A DNA stretch of 64,000 nucleotides from Octopus sinensis (Eukaryota). The stretch is from contig NC_042998.1 in NCBI RefSeq assembly GCF_006345805.1, forward strand, positions 29,822,001 to 29,886,000, given 5' to 3'. Below are positions 1 to 11,270 of the stretch, piece by piece. The translations under genes were made by a program, and so were the position numbers. The notes beneath the pieces were generated by a model. It did not search any database. It was not told the origin of the DNA and was given only the letters and a program-made list of their open reading frames with translations. Each line of letters opens with the position of its first letter. The first letter of the stretch is position 1.

Positions 1-25
1 GCCTCCATAAATATATAAACATATT

Positions 26-30
<5 letters not shown>

Positions 31-89
<59 letters not shown>

Positions 90-97
90 TACATATA
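31..97. repeat. (TA)n microsatellite (one of dozens in the window)
   Basis: Direct reading of the sequence. Confidence 0.95.
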
Positions 98-205
98 TCA
101 CGTGACCGACCAGACATCAGATGTTGCTACACTTCGCTGGTCACAATACGTTCTCATTGTTTTAGCCTTCGAATGACGCCACCCCGCTGGCTAAGCGAGC
201 AGGTG
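98..205 (-). mobile_element. Solo SINE 3' tail (tail T1, RTE-like), 5'-truncated, inserted next to (TA)n
   Basis: Reverse complement of 5730-5838 and 11990-12100 (cctgctcgcttagccagcggggtgg...tgtgaccagcga...ggtcggtcacgtgat). Confidence 0.85.
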
Positions 206-242
206 AATATATATATATATACACACATATATATACACATAT

Positions 243-1262
243 ATATAAAAGGTGTTGTCAAAAACTTATCAATTATAGGCACAGGAGTGCCTGTGTGGCA
301 AGTAGCTTGCTTACCAACCACATCGTTCTGGGTACAGTCCCGCTGCTTGGCCCCTTGGGCAAGTGCCTTCTACTATAGCTTCGGGCCGACCAAAGCCTTT
401 TGAGTGGATTTGGTAGACGGAAACTGAAAGAATCCCGTCGTATATATGCATATATATATATGAATATGTATGTGTGTGTATATGTTTGTGTGCATTGACA
501 ACCAATTCTGGTGTGTTTTCATCCCGTAACAGAGCGATTCGGCAAAAGAGACCGATATAATAAGTACTAGGCTTACAAAGAATAAGTCCCGGGGCCGATT
601 TGTTCGATTAAAGGCGGTGCTCCAGCATGGTCGCAATCAAATAACTGAAACCAGTAAAAGAGTAAAAGAGTAATCTAAGTTTTAGCGTCATCTTTTTCGG
701 AATAGACACCTTGCGCAGCCGTACACTGGTTCGAACGTTCCTGCCATTTTTAGAGTCCGGCTTGGAAGTCGTTTTCCGTAAACGAGTCGCGGACCTTCTG
801 TGATTTACTCTAGGTCTCGAAAACGGTGGTAAAACGGCGACCTTTCAGCTGTATTTTCATCTTGGGGACGAGAGGAAAGTCCGCAGGTGCTGAAGCTGGT
901 GAATAAGGCGAGTACAGAAGCGATAGCGTGTTGTCTTTGGCGAGAACCTCACGACTGAAGAAAGCTCGGTGCCACGGTGCATTGTCATCGTGAAGAATCT
1001 AATTGTCCTCGCTCCACAGATCTGCTCACTTTCACCAAATGTCCTCCTTCAAACGATTCAAATTATTAGCGGTCTGGCCCTGGGTTTCGAATTCTCGGTG
1101 TACAATACCACATGGCAGGTCTTTCTGATTGCTAATCGTCTTCTAGAGATGTTCTTCCAGTGTTCAAGGTCCCGTACCACTCGAAATATTCCATACGACC
1201 CTCTGCCTCGTTGCCTTAAGTAGATTTCCAAAGTTTAGCGTAAAATTTCACGTTGGCTTCCT
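243..1262 (-). mobile_element. Decayed mariner (DD34D-type) transposon with internal deletion, interrupted by a SINE at 277-672
   Basis: Minus-strand translation gives ANVKFYAKLWKS..FEWY..TGRTSLEDD (HTH region), then ILHDDNAPWH..YSPYSPASAPADFPLVPKMKIQLKGRRF..KWQER..QGVY (catalytic region), with stops and frameshifts. TIR-like ggtgttgtcaaaaact near 251. Confidence 0.88.
277..672 (+). mobile_element. tRNA-derived SINE family B (CORE-like body, internal TA/TG microsatellite, agtaaaag tail)
   Basis: Head aggcacaggagtgcctgtgtggc; CORE-like ccttgggcaagtgccttc; homologous over its full length to 46991-47406. Confidence 0.88.
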
Positions 1263-1270
1263 ATAATAAT

Positions 1271-1544
1271 ATGGCGCAGTGGTTATGATCGCGGGCTACT
1301 AACCTCAAAATTCCGAGTTCCATTCTAAACAGTGACCTGAACAATAATAATAATAATAATAATGATAATAATAATAATAATTATTATTATTATTATTATT
1401 ACATCGAAAAATACCATCGACAAATACGTTAGAAATGAGAACCCAGATTAGAAATTTCCCGAAGACATCTGAAGAAGGCTGGAGGGTATATCAGCCGAAC
1501 AAGGTAAGGGACAAATATCCGTCGAATGTAAATCATGTAAACAT
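1271..1544 (+). mobile_element. tRNA-headed element with (TAA)n/(TTA)n palindrome and partial hammerhead-like core
   Basis: A-box-like ggcgcagtggtta and B-box-like gagttccattc; CTGAAGA-A-GGCTG/CAGCC-GAAC at 1469-1500; ends tgtaaatcatgtaaac. Confidence 0.6.
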
Positions 1545-1605
1545 AGCAATGTCACTCGGCTCAGTGCCTCATGAAAGTCACTATTAACTATCACAAAGCA
1601 CGCAA

Positions 1606-1834
1606 CCTATTTCTTTACTACCCACAAGGGGCTAAACACAGAGAGGATAAACAAGGACAGACAAACGGCTTAAGTCGATTACGTCGACCCCAGTGCGTAA
1701 CTGGTACTTAATTCATCGACCCCGAAAGGATGAAAGGCAAAGTCGACCTCGGCGGAATTTCAACTCAGAACGTAACGGTAGACGAAATACGGCTACGCAT
1801 TTCGTCCGGCGTGCTAACGTTTCTGCCAGCTCGC
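1606..1834 (-). mobile_element. SINE family A monomer
   Basis: Reverse complement of gcgagctggcagaaacgttagcacgccgg...gcctttcatcctttcggggtcga...gccccttgtgggtagtaaagaaatagg. Confidence 0.9.
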
Positions 1835-2541
1835 AACCGTGTGCGCTCTCATCTGTTGGCGTGCTATAGAACTAGCCCGGGAACTTGGTGATACCTCGTA
1901 ATAGAAATTGAAAATGTACTGAGAATAGTTAAACATTTTCTATCATATTTAAAGATTTGATAGGTTTCACATTTTCTATTGATTTTCAAATGTTAAAATA
2001 GAGAGACCTAAGTAATGCCGCAAACCTCTTGCTTCTGACTAGTGTTTGAAGCTTGTTCTATGTTTATAGAGAGTACAAATTAACAGATATTTTAGATAAG
2101 ACTTGATTGGCAGAGGATAGTCACATGACTGGTCTTGGAAATTTTTGTAGGTTCTCCGCTACATCCGTGTGTTAATGTCAAGTAACAATGTTTGGCATCG
2201 TAAGTTAAGGCTGACACGGTTTAGTAAACATATCTAGTGACACTACCAAACATTTATACAGCTAACAACCTAAACTTTAATCTTTGGACAACTTACAAAC
2301 GACTCCTGTCCACTCTCCCACGAAGCTGAGTAAATTTAGAGTAACCGAACCTATTCCCTTGACTGTAACCAGACAAGTTCACTCGACCGCGTCGGTCTTA
2401 TTTTCGGCGCAAAATATACTGTCACATGACACGAACGCATGGACGTAGTGTGTAATGTACAAAATGATCTAAACTTAATCACTTGATCATTCTCTACAAT
2501 ACTTGACGGAAAACATTCAGAGCATTGATTGTTTGGTATTG

Positions 2542-2585
<44 letters not shown>

Positions 2586-2823
2586 ATAAAATATAGTGTA
2601 CGTTTAAACACATTAAGAGGATTCCATCATAGGAATCCCTTACGCTTGAAGGTAAAGGTAAAGACTTTAGCTGTTACTTCTAGCGTAGGGGATTCCTATG
2701 ATGGATACCTCATAATGTGTTTAAATGTACACTGTATTTATATGAATGATAAATAGTCTATTGACTATTTTTTCTATACGCTAGGCCACTGGTAGTAAAA
2801 ATTTCTAAAATCTTTATTACCCT
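2586..2823. repeat. Unclassified repeat with a 65-bp inverted duplication (arms about 2586-2650 and 2677-2741)
   Basis: ataaaatatagtgtacgtttaaacacattaagagg...acgcttgaag is the reverse complement of cttctagcgt...gtacactgtatttat; 2677-2823 also matches 5108-5250 in opposite orientation. Confidence 0.8.
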
Positions 2824-2879
2824 GATATTATATATATATATATACGGTTTTCTCTCCCCCCCCTCTCTCTCTCTCTCTG

Positions 2880-2913
<34 letters not shown>

Positions 2914-4486
2914 CATATATATACATATTTATATGTGTGTATGTGTGTGTGTGTGAATGTGTGTGTGTGTGTGTGTGAATGTGTATGTTTGTGTGTATAT
3001 GCGTGCAATGACGGACGACCAAAGCATGTATGTATGTATATATGCATGCATGTGTATGAGTGTATGCGCTTACGCAGTTTTTTCCTGGAACATCGATTCG
3101 GTTCCTGTGTTTTATATAAATTAGAAAAATTTCTTTTGCCTCATGACATCAGAATATAACATAGAGAATGATCAAGAAGTGTTTACGAGAGGCATATGGG
3201 CTATAACATATAAAATAAAATATTCTTAATTAATATATCAATTACAATGGATTTAAATTCGAAATGATGTTTCTTTTAAACATTGATATATCATCAGCTC
3301 AATATTTTCCGAATTATATCTAGTGGTTTATTCACAGCCTATAATTGCGTTTTATTCCCATCTACTTTAAAGCATTTTGCTATATTTAGATTTAGACTGA
3401 AATGTCGTAACAATGGAAACCGACTTTATCGTAAATAGTGAAATGTCAAGGTTTCGTATACTTAATTCAATGAAACAGTTTACGTAAAACCAGTTGGAAG
3501 AAAATTCTGACGTCATCGGTTGGCATCCATTGGAAGTTGCAGTTTATTTCTTGCAACGAAATGTTTTCTGCACTAGGTCTTACACCCACATGAGTAGTTT
3601 CACAGAGTTATTTCATTGAAGAGAAAACGAGAAAATAAAGATAGGATGGGAAAAAGGATGAGGCAGAGAAAATAATAAATTCACAAGGAAAAAAACGACA
3701 GACAAAATTGCATACCATAGAATGGCAGAAAAAAAAAAAAAAGGAGAAAATTAAGAAATAGCAATCGAAATACGGTTCGTGTAAGAAATTCTATATCACA
3801 CGGTAATTCAAATCGGAATTGTTACACTTGAGTGAATTTTATGATTCATTCCATTCACGTCATGATATACAACACATTTAATATCTATGGAAATATGAAG
3901 CAATTAGCGTTCTCAAGGCTAAATTCTGGTAGCAAATAACATGGCTTATATTTAAGAGGACAAATATAGTATTGCTAAAGAATTCTCATTAAATTAGGTA
4001 TCGTTAACCTTTATAACGTATAAATGCTTTTAAATGATCTTTATATATATATATATATATATAATATATATATATGCATACAATTCTCCCTCAGGAAAGT
4101 CAACCTCATTAGATTTCTCCATACTTACGTATTTTGTCAATATACTGAGTTTACCACGAACATTCAAAGAATCTCAATAGTTTTAGAAGGCCTTCGAAGG
4201 CCTTTGGTCACTGACAGTTATCAAGACGGGCAGGTGTTTCCATAAAAAAAATTTCGGCGGCGAACATTCTACATCTGTATATGTACTAGTGTTTATCGTT
4301 GGTTCTTCATCAATATTAGAACTTCTGAAATTCCAGTTGTGGCTATAGAGATTTCTATCGTTTTTTATATAGGAGAAAAAGTGTAACAAACAAAGAAAAT
4401 GGAGAATACAAACAATTCATGTATTATCATAGTCCAGACGAATTAATGAGTTCATTCATATGTATATATATGAATATGTAAATACA

Positions 4487-4540
<54 letters not shown>

Positions 4541-4671
4541 TAAATATATATTATATATATATATTATATATATATGAATAAATATATATTATATATATAT
4601 GTATGTATGTATATACGTATGTATATTAATGTATATATATATGTATTTATATATACGTATGTATATTTATG

Positions 4672-4703
<32 letters not shown>

Positions 4704-4974
4704 ATATATATATATTGATACATATACATTTGGCGAAAGATGAGAGTGAGGATGTGTACGTTTCGAAGTGAGGGTGGAGAAATGTATGCGCACGCACGTG
4801 GGTGTGCGGGCGCACATGGGTAGGTATGAACATGCGCGCTTACCCGAATACTATGAATTTTTTTACCCCCTTACTTAGCAGTCATTCGAATAGCTCTTTT
4901 GTCTTAATAACGGTCAACCACAAAATAATTTCCCTTTGTATAACGGTCATGTTTCATACCATTTTTCCGATGGC

Positions 4975-5035
4975 CGGATAGCTGAAGAGATGGCGGCGTG
5001 GATTTCCTCCTCGGCATCCGAAACTAGGAGTTTTA
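4975..5035 (+). other. Degenerate minimal hammerhead-ribozyme-like motif
   Basis: CTGAAGA (4982-4988), imperfect stem gatg...catc, then GAAAC-TAG (5020-5027). The cleavage triplet is not intact. Confidence 0.45.
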
Positions 5036-5107
5036 TCATGCCTACCGAATAATTATCTCATATTACATTTACATATATATATATATATATATATATATTA
5101 ACAAAGG

Positions 5108-5250
5108 GTAATCGGAAATATTAGAAATTTCCATTACAGTGTCCTAGCGTGTAAAAAATTTAGTCAGTAGACTATATATTACTTATATGAATATAGTGTA
5201 CCTTTAAACTCATAAGAGGTAGCCATCATAGGACTACCTATACGCTAGAA
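5108..5250 (+). repeat. Second copy of the 2677-2823 repeat, adjacent to (TA)n
   Basis: Manual alignment to the reverse complement of 2677-2823. Confidence 0.8.
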
Positions 5251-5450
5251 AGGACACTTATATTCGAACCATTATTAGAGCTAAAAATCGAAGGGAATGA
5301 AGAATAAAAACATTTACCAGCTAACTCCTGGAACAATGGTTTCAGACTTTTATGTCTGAAGCCATTGGTCCAGGTTTTAGTGAGTGGATTTGGTATACGG
5401 GATGATGTGTTTGGGAAGCAAGCTACTTACCCCACAGCCAGTCCTGCGCC

Positions 5451-5525
<75 letters not shown>

Positions 5526-5535
5526 CAGAGTAAAC

Positions 5536-5838
5536 GGAGGCGCAATGGCCCAGTGGTTAGGGTAGCGGACTCGCGGTCGTACGATCGTGGTTTCGATTCC
5601 CAAACCAGGCGTTGTGTGTGTTTATTGAGCAAAAACACCTAAAAGCTCCACGACTCTCCGGCAGGGGGTGGTGATCCCTGCTGTACTCTTTCACCACTCT
5701 TTCTCTCACTCTTTCATCTGTTGGCCTCCTCGCTTAGCCAGCGGTGTGGCGTCATTCAAAGGCTAAAACAATGCGAACGCATTGTGACCAGCGATGTGTA
5801 GCAACATCTGATGGTCTGTCGGTCACGTGATCACGTGA
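5536..5838 (+). mobile_element. Full-length SINE, head C + RTE-like tail T1, with 15-bp TSD
   Basis: TSD tattccagagtaaac (5521-5535) / tattccagagaaaac (5839-5853); head ggaggcgcaatggcccagtggttaggg; ends ggtcacgtgatcacgtga. Confidence 0.9.
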
Positions 5839-5916
5839 TATTCCAGAGAAAACAGGTGAAATCAGAAGCAATGTGGAAAATATAGTACTCGAATCCCGGA
5901 GGTAGAGTAATATGCT

Positions 5917-6081
5917 TTATTAAAAATGCTGCAAAGACATCTGAAAGAGGGTTACCCGATGTTTTACGTTCCCGTTTGACGGACACATTTTGAGAATAGT
6001 TCCATTCTCAAACAAGTCTGTCTCACAAACGGGAACGTGAATATCCGAGTAAGAGTTTTTCTGATGTCTTTGCAACTTTAT

Positions 6082-6087
<6 letters not shown>
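5917..6087. repeat. About 170-bp fold-back palindrome, probably inverted Penelope-like termini
   Basis: Arms of about 80 bp (tgcaaagacatctgaa...acgttcccgtttg...gagaat / attctc...caaacgggaacgt...ctgatgtctttgca); loop agttcc at 5998-6003. Confidence 0.8.
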
Positions 6088-6150
<63 letters not shown>

Positions 6151-6153
<3 letters not shown>

Positions 6154-6487
6154 GGCGCATGCCTCAGTGGTTAGAGAGTCGAGCTTACGATCATGAGGTT
6201 GTGAGCTCGAATCCCGGACCGGGCTGCGTGTTGTGTTCTTGAGCAAAGCACTTTATTTCACATTGCTCCAGTTCACTCAGCTGTAGAATTGAGTTGTGAC
6301 ATCACTGGTGCCAAGCTGTATCGGCCGTTACCTTTCCCTTAGATAACACTGGTAGCATAGTGAGGGTAGGCCGGTATGCATGGGCGACAGCTGGTCTTCC
6401 ATAAACAACCTTGCCCGGACTTGCGCCTGAGAGGGTAACTTTCTAGGTGCAATCCCATGGTCTGTGTCGTGACCGAAGGGGGTGTCA
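6151..6487 (+). mobile_element. SINE, head D (tRNA + CORE-like) + tail T3
   Basis: gaaggcgcatgcctcagtggttagag...gttcttgagcaaagcactttatttcac...gtgaccgaagggggtgtc; matches 20219-20552 and 53741-54075. Confidence 0.9.
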
Positions 6488-6488
6488 G

Positions 6489-6539
<51 letters not shown>

Positions 6540-6727
6540 TGAGAACAAGACAGTAAAAAGAAGCGGTGAGGGCTGTTAAGCCAAAACGATATGAAGATTA
6601 TGAATGCTAGAACAACGAGCTTTGAGAAGAGACAGGTAAAAGCAAGTCTTGCGTTTACGAAGGAAATAGAAGAAAGAAAGATAGATCGCCTTTCGTCACG
6701 TGTCAGCAACGATAGCGTCATGGAGGA

Positions 6728-6759
<32 letters not shown>

Positions 6760-7138
6760 TGAGGGAACGGTGAGGAGGGAGAGGAGGAAAAATGGGAAAG
6801 GGTGGGAGAGAAAAACAGAAAGTAAGTACAAGAGAGGGAGATAGACAGAGAAGAGATAGAATAAGAGCGTACATCGTAATTATTATAAAACTTACTCGGA
6901 AAAGGATGCGTGGCGTTCGATCATATAGTAATATAAATAACATATAAATATATGCATATGTAAATACATATATGTACATACCTACATATATATCTATACA
7001 TACATGCATGTATGGGTACAGGACAGGAAAAAAAACTCAATATAATGAGAAACGAAAACATAAACCAAAAACATAGAAAACGAACTTTTTTCGAACAACG
7101 AAAAACAAAAAGATGTAGGTATGTACATATATGTATAT

Positions 7139-7173
<35 letters not shown>

Positions 7174-7216
7174 ACACACATATATATATATATATAATTA
7201 TTCATATATATATATC

Positions 7217-7358
7217 CTATTCTACTCTAGGCATAATGCCCGACATCTTGGGAGGGGGCAGTCGATTAGATCGACCCCAGTACAGAGCTGGTAATTAATT
7301 TATCGACATCGAAAGGATGAAAGGCAAAATCGACCACGTCGGAATTTGAACTCAGAAG
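7217..7358 (-). mobile_element. SINE A second-monomer fragment
   Basis: Reverse complement of the core and tail found at 8161-8330. Confidence 0.75.
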
Positions 7359-7362
7359 TAGA

Positions 7363-7434
<72 letters not shown>

Positions 7435-7926
7435 ACAGTAATGATGACTTTGTATATATAATGTGTGTGTATACAAGTATGTGTTTATGTGCGTGAATGA
7501 ATTTCATCGGATGATTATCTTATGTAGGAACAGGATTTGATATTATTAAATTATAACTATATTCCATTGAACAGTAAGACATTAATGATAAGGCCAGTGT
7601 GTAGTCGTAGACATAAAATTAAAAATGGATATGGCTGGAAAGTCTTTGATCATTGATCTCGTTGTCACTGATGCTTTTATAAACGACAGTAGTGGTACCG
7701 CCATGTCTTACTTTGTAATCAAATCTAATAATCAGTTTTAAAATTCCGTACAAAAAATATAATTAAAAAAGTTTAGTTCATATGATATCAACTTATTTAT
7801 GCATATAATTGATATTTCTGTCTACGATCATATAACTTTTCTTATTTAGCATAAATTTATTTTGTGAATCTTGTTCATGTTCTTCAATTTACTTATATAC
7901 TTATAATGTAACATAATCGCTTGTTC

Positions 7927-8330
7927 AAGGCGGTGAGCAGGGAGAAACGTTAGGACGCCGGGCGAAATGTTTAGCAGTATTTCGTCTGTCTTTAGGTTCT
8001 GAGTTCAAATTCCGCCGAAATCGACTTTGCCTTTCATCCTTTCGGGGTCGATTAAATAAGTACCAGTTACGCACTGAGGTCGATATAATCGACTTAATCC
8101 GTTTGTCTCTCCTTGTTTGCCCTCTCTGTGTTTAGCCCCTTGTGGGTAGTAAAGAAGTAAGTATTTCGTCTGTCTTTACGTTCTGAGTTCAAATTCCGCC
8201 GAGTTCGACTTTGCCTTTCATCCTTTCGGGAATCGATAAATTAAGCACCAGTTACGTACTGGAGTCGATCTAATCTAGGGCCCCCTCCCACAAAATTTCG
8301 GGCCTTGTGCCTAGAGTAGAAAAGAACATT
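7927..8330 (+). mobile_element. SINE A dimer (full monomer + headless second monomer with a different tail)
   Basis: The core gttctgagttcaaattccgccga...gcctttcatcctttcggg occurs twice (about 7995 and 8180). Confidence 0.9.
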
Positions 8331-8351
8331 ATATCTTATTTGTCTATCTAC

Positions 8352-8399
8352 TACTATTGCTGTTCTTACTACTACTACTACTACTACTACTACAACTAT

Positions 8400-8459
<60 letters not shown>

Positions 8460-8460
8460 A
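8352..8460. repeat. (TAC)n microsatellite
   Basis: Direct reading of the sequence. Confidence 0.95.
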
Positions 8461-8659
8461 CACACACACGGAGAGAAAGCCACACAACCACTTACACACT
8501 CACAAAGTAGTATGCTGCGGTGGTAGCAGGCCAGTCTTTGCACGACGTACATATTCCACAACCGTTTTTTGTATTAACCGCGACTGAAGAGACTCGACAC
8601 TCACATTTTCTCTCTCCTTTTATCGTGTTTTGACCTCAGTACCTGACTGTGGGGGTGGG

Positions 8660-10930
8660 GTGGGGCTACTGGCACAGTAGTCTTGGTATTACAAAACCTA
8701 TACTGGATGGGTCACCACGAAGTTTTCTCTCAGGCTATTGATAGAGATCTTCCTCTTGGTATTATTTACATTCAAACCCTCAGTCTCGGTCGTTTCTGTA
8801 GGATTTCACTGACATCCCTCTTAAAATTGTCGGCTGTGTATATAGGGATCTCATATAAACAAGAGTGGCGAAAGAATCGATGAGAGGGTGTCATGCTAGT
8901 AAATCCAGGCCTCACACGTACTAAGGAGATTTTACTTGACCTCTGTGGACAGCCAAAATCCCATTTCTTTATTGGTCTCTCGGACGAAAACCGTAGTCTC
9001 TTAGGCGGCTGGAATTTAATATCTTTCCCAATTCTTCACTGGTTTCTCATTGATGGATGTTATCTGTTCATCACCAACTGAGAAACTGAACTATTTTAAT
9101 TTGATTATCTTCGTCACATGCAATATGGATATCAATGTCTTGGAGCTAATACGAGCCCAAGTCAGCAAATCTCCTCAAGGCTTTTCAGGATTCTGCTGTC
9201 CATTCTGACAGATTGTTTCACAGTCAGGTCATCCATAAAAGCCCTAGTAAAAGTCAGGCGAAACATCAGACATAGTGAACGGCCTTCTAGACTGCACTTT
9301 AGCTGAATTTACCAACATGCTCCTTACAAGTACCAAAATGGTCACTGGAATGGTACATCCAGCGGTAACGCAGCTCTCAAGCATGTACCATTCCGTGGAA
9401 GCAGCAGAGACTCATTCTCAAGGTCTGTGTTCATGACTGGGACATGAAGCCCTTTCAGAGTGTCTTTAATCAGCTTATATGGAATGAATGAACCCGCAGG
9501 TATTCGCACTTTTCAATCACTAAACTCTCAGTTCACCTATGTATTCTCAGATTTCGCTGATGAAATTGGTGAGATCGACATCACCTAAATGTTCCGGGCA
9601 ATTGGATACCTTTCAGACACTTCTTTCTGAACAGAAGTTTCGAAGAAAAACATCTTCAGGATCTAGTTCAGGCGTCTAGCGATAATGCTGAAAAATAACT
9701 TTTTTTCAGTGGTGGGTAACGCAATTACTCTAAACTCACTGATTGTTTCAATTCTTCGTCTTTTGGAATTCACACCCCATATGCATACCTCTACTAAGCC
9801 ACAATTAATATTCTAAATATCACTCTCAGGTACATCAAGAGCCCTTGTTTTTCAACACCTTTTAATGTACGCCACGCGAACCTAGAGCTGAATCTGATCG
9901 TGCCTTAACCACGTCCTTGATCTCTTTCCAGTTGGTCTTCTTTCAATCCAATTCTAGATAGAGCGCAGACATACTAATCAAGACTTGCAGTGTCCTGTGG
10001 TTTTGGCCCCTAGAAACATTACTGTAGTAGGGTTTAAGTTGAATGTCCATTACAAATTTGGAACAGACGAGTTGACCACTACAATTCCGGCCGGGCAGCT
10101 GTTTCGTAAACTCACATAGGTTTGCCAAAAAGGTAACTCACTTCCTGACTCTCTCATTCCGCTCTCTCCCATGATACTCAGCCCTCATCACTGACATAAG
10201 CTACTTCCAGAGGGTAGGTCACAGGATATTCATTAGTCCAGTCCACAGTCTTCCTCCTTCAGCTCTTTGAATTGCCGTGCCAAGCTTTTAAACTGTCTAA
10301 GTTGACGGATTGTTCTGGCTTTACAACTCAAAACAATGGATGGTTTAACTTTTTCGTTCACCTCCAGGCCGAACCTCTCTAGACTGATACTAATAGATAT
10401 CTTTGTCTGGAAACGACTGAAGAATCAGAAAGGGATTAAGTACCAGGGAGTCAACATAAAAAGCGACCAAGGGCTGTATGCTCTCAAGGTATGACGTTTG
10501 GTGAGCGGAACCCTAACATGTAGAATACTAGCTCAAGTAGTTGACGATGACCAACGAACACATCCGACCTGAGAAAAGTTTGATTGCGAATGTTACCCTA
10601 TGGGCCTAAGCAGATGAAACCTAAAATATATCTTCAGTGGTTGTTCAAAGGCCCTGGGAGAGGCACGAATAAGTCTTGAAGACCATAGAATGGTAATTTG
10701 AAGTCCTTTCACCGAGACGAAAATTATCACTTCTTCAAATTTCGTGTAAAGAGGATCAGTACTGCCAGGTCTATCATCCCGGGCTCCTTGAAACACCAAG
10801 TGACTGGGAGCTGAAAGACAATCTGAGAAAGCAACCAAAGTTTCCAGAAACTGTCGTCTCGACATTATCAAGGATATATGCTACTATCTTCAAATTTTCC
10901 AAATAGATTGATCTGTCAGAAGTCTCTATT
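8660..10930 (-). mobile_element. Decayed RLE-type non-LTR retrotransposon (HERO-like), N-terminal region through RT and thumb
   Basis: Minus-strand fragments in colinear order: SLERFGLEV..TIRQLRQ; FLANLCEFTKQLPGRNCSGQLVCSK; EWYMLESCVTAGCTIPVTILVL..; RAFMDDLTV (about 9221-9246); EAWIY*H..YEIPIYTADNFKRDVS. These resemble HERO/R2-group ORFs as I recall them. Confidence 0.82.
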
Positions 10931-10944
10931 TTGGGGAGAACACG

Positions 10945-10945
10945 A

Positions 10946-10999
<54 letters not shown>

Positions 11000-11068
11000 T
11001 CGGGACAGATAGATTTATGGACGCATATATATACATACATATATATGTATGTATATATATATATATAC

Positions 11069-11162
<94 letters not shown>

Positions 11163-11206
11163 TGCATATATATACACACACATATATGGACAAGCATGCA
11201 TATATA

Positions 11207-11269
<63 letters not shown>

Positions 11270-11270
11270 G
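10945..11270. repeat. Compound (TA)n low-complexity tract
   Basis: Direct reading; source of the YI-repeat pseudo-ORFs. Confidence 0.95.
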
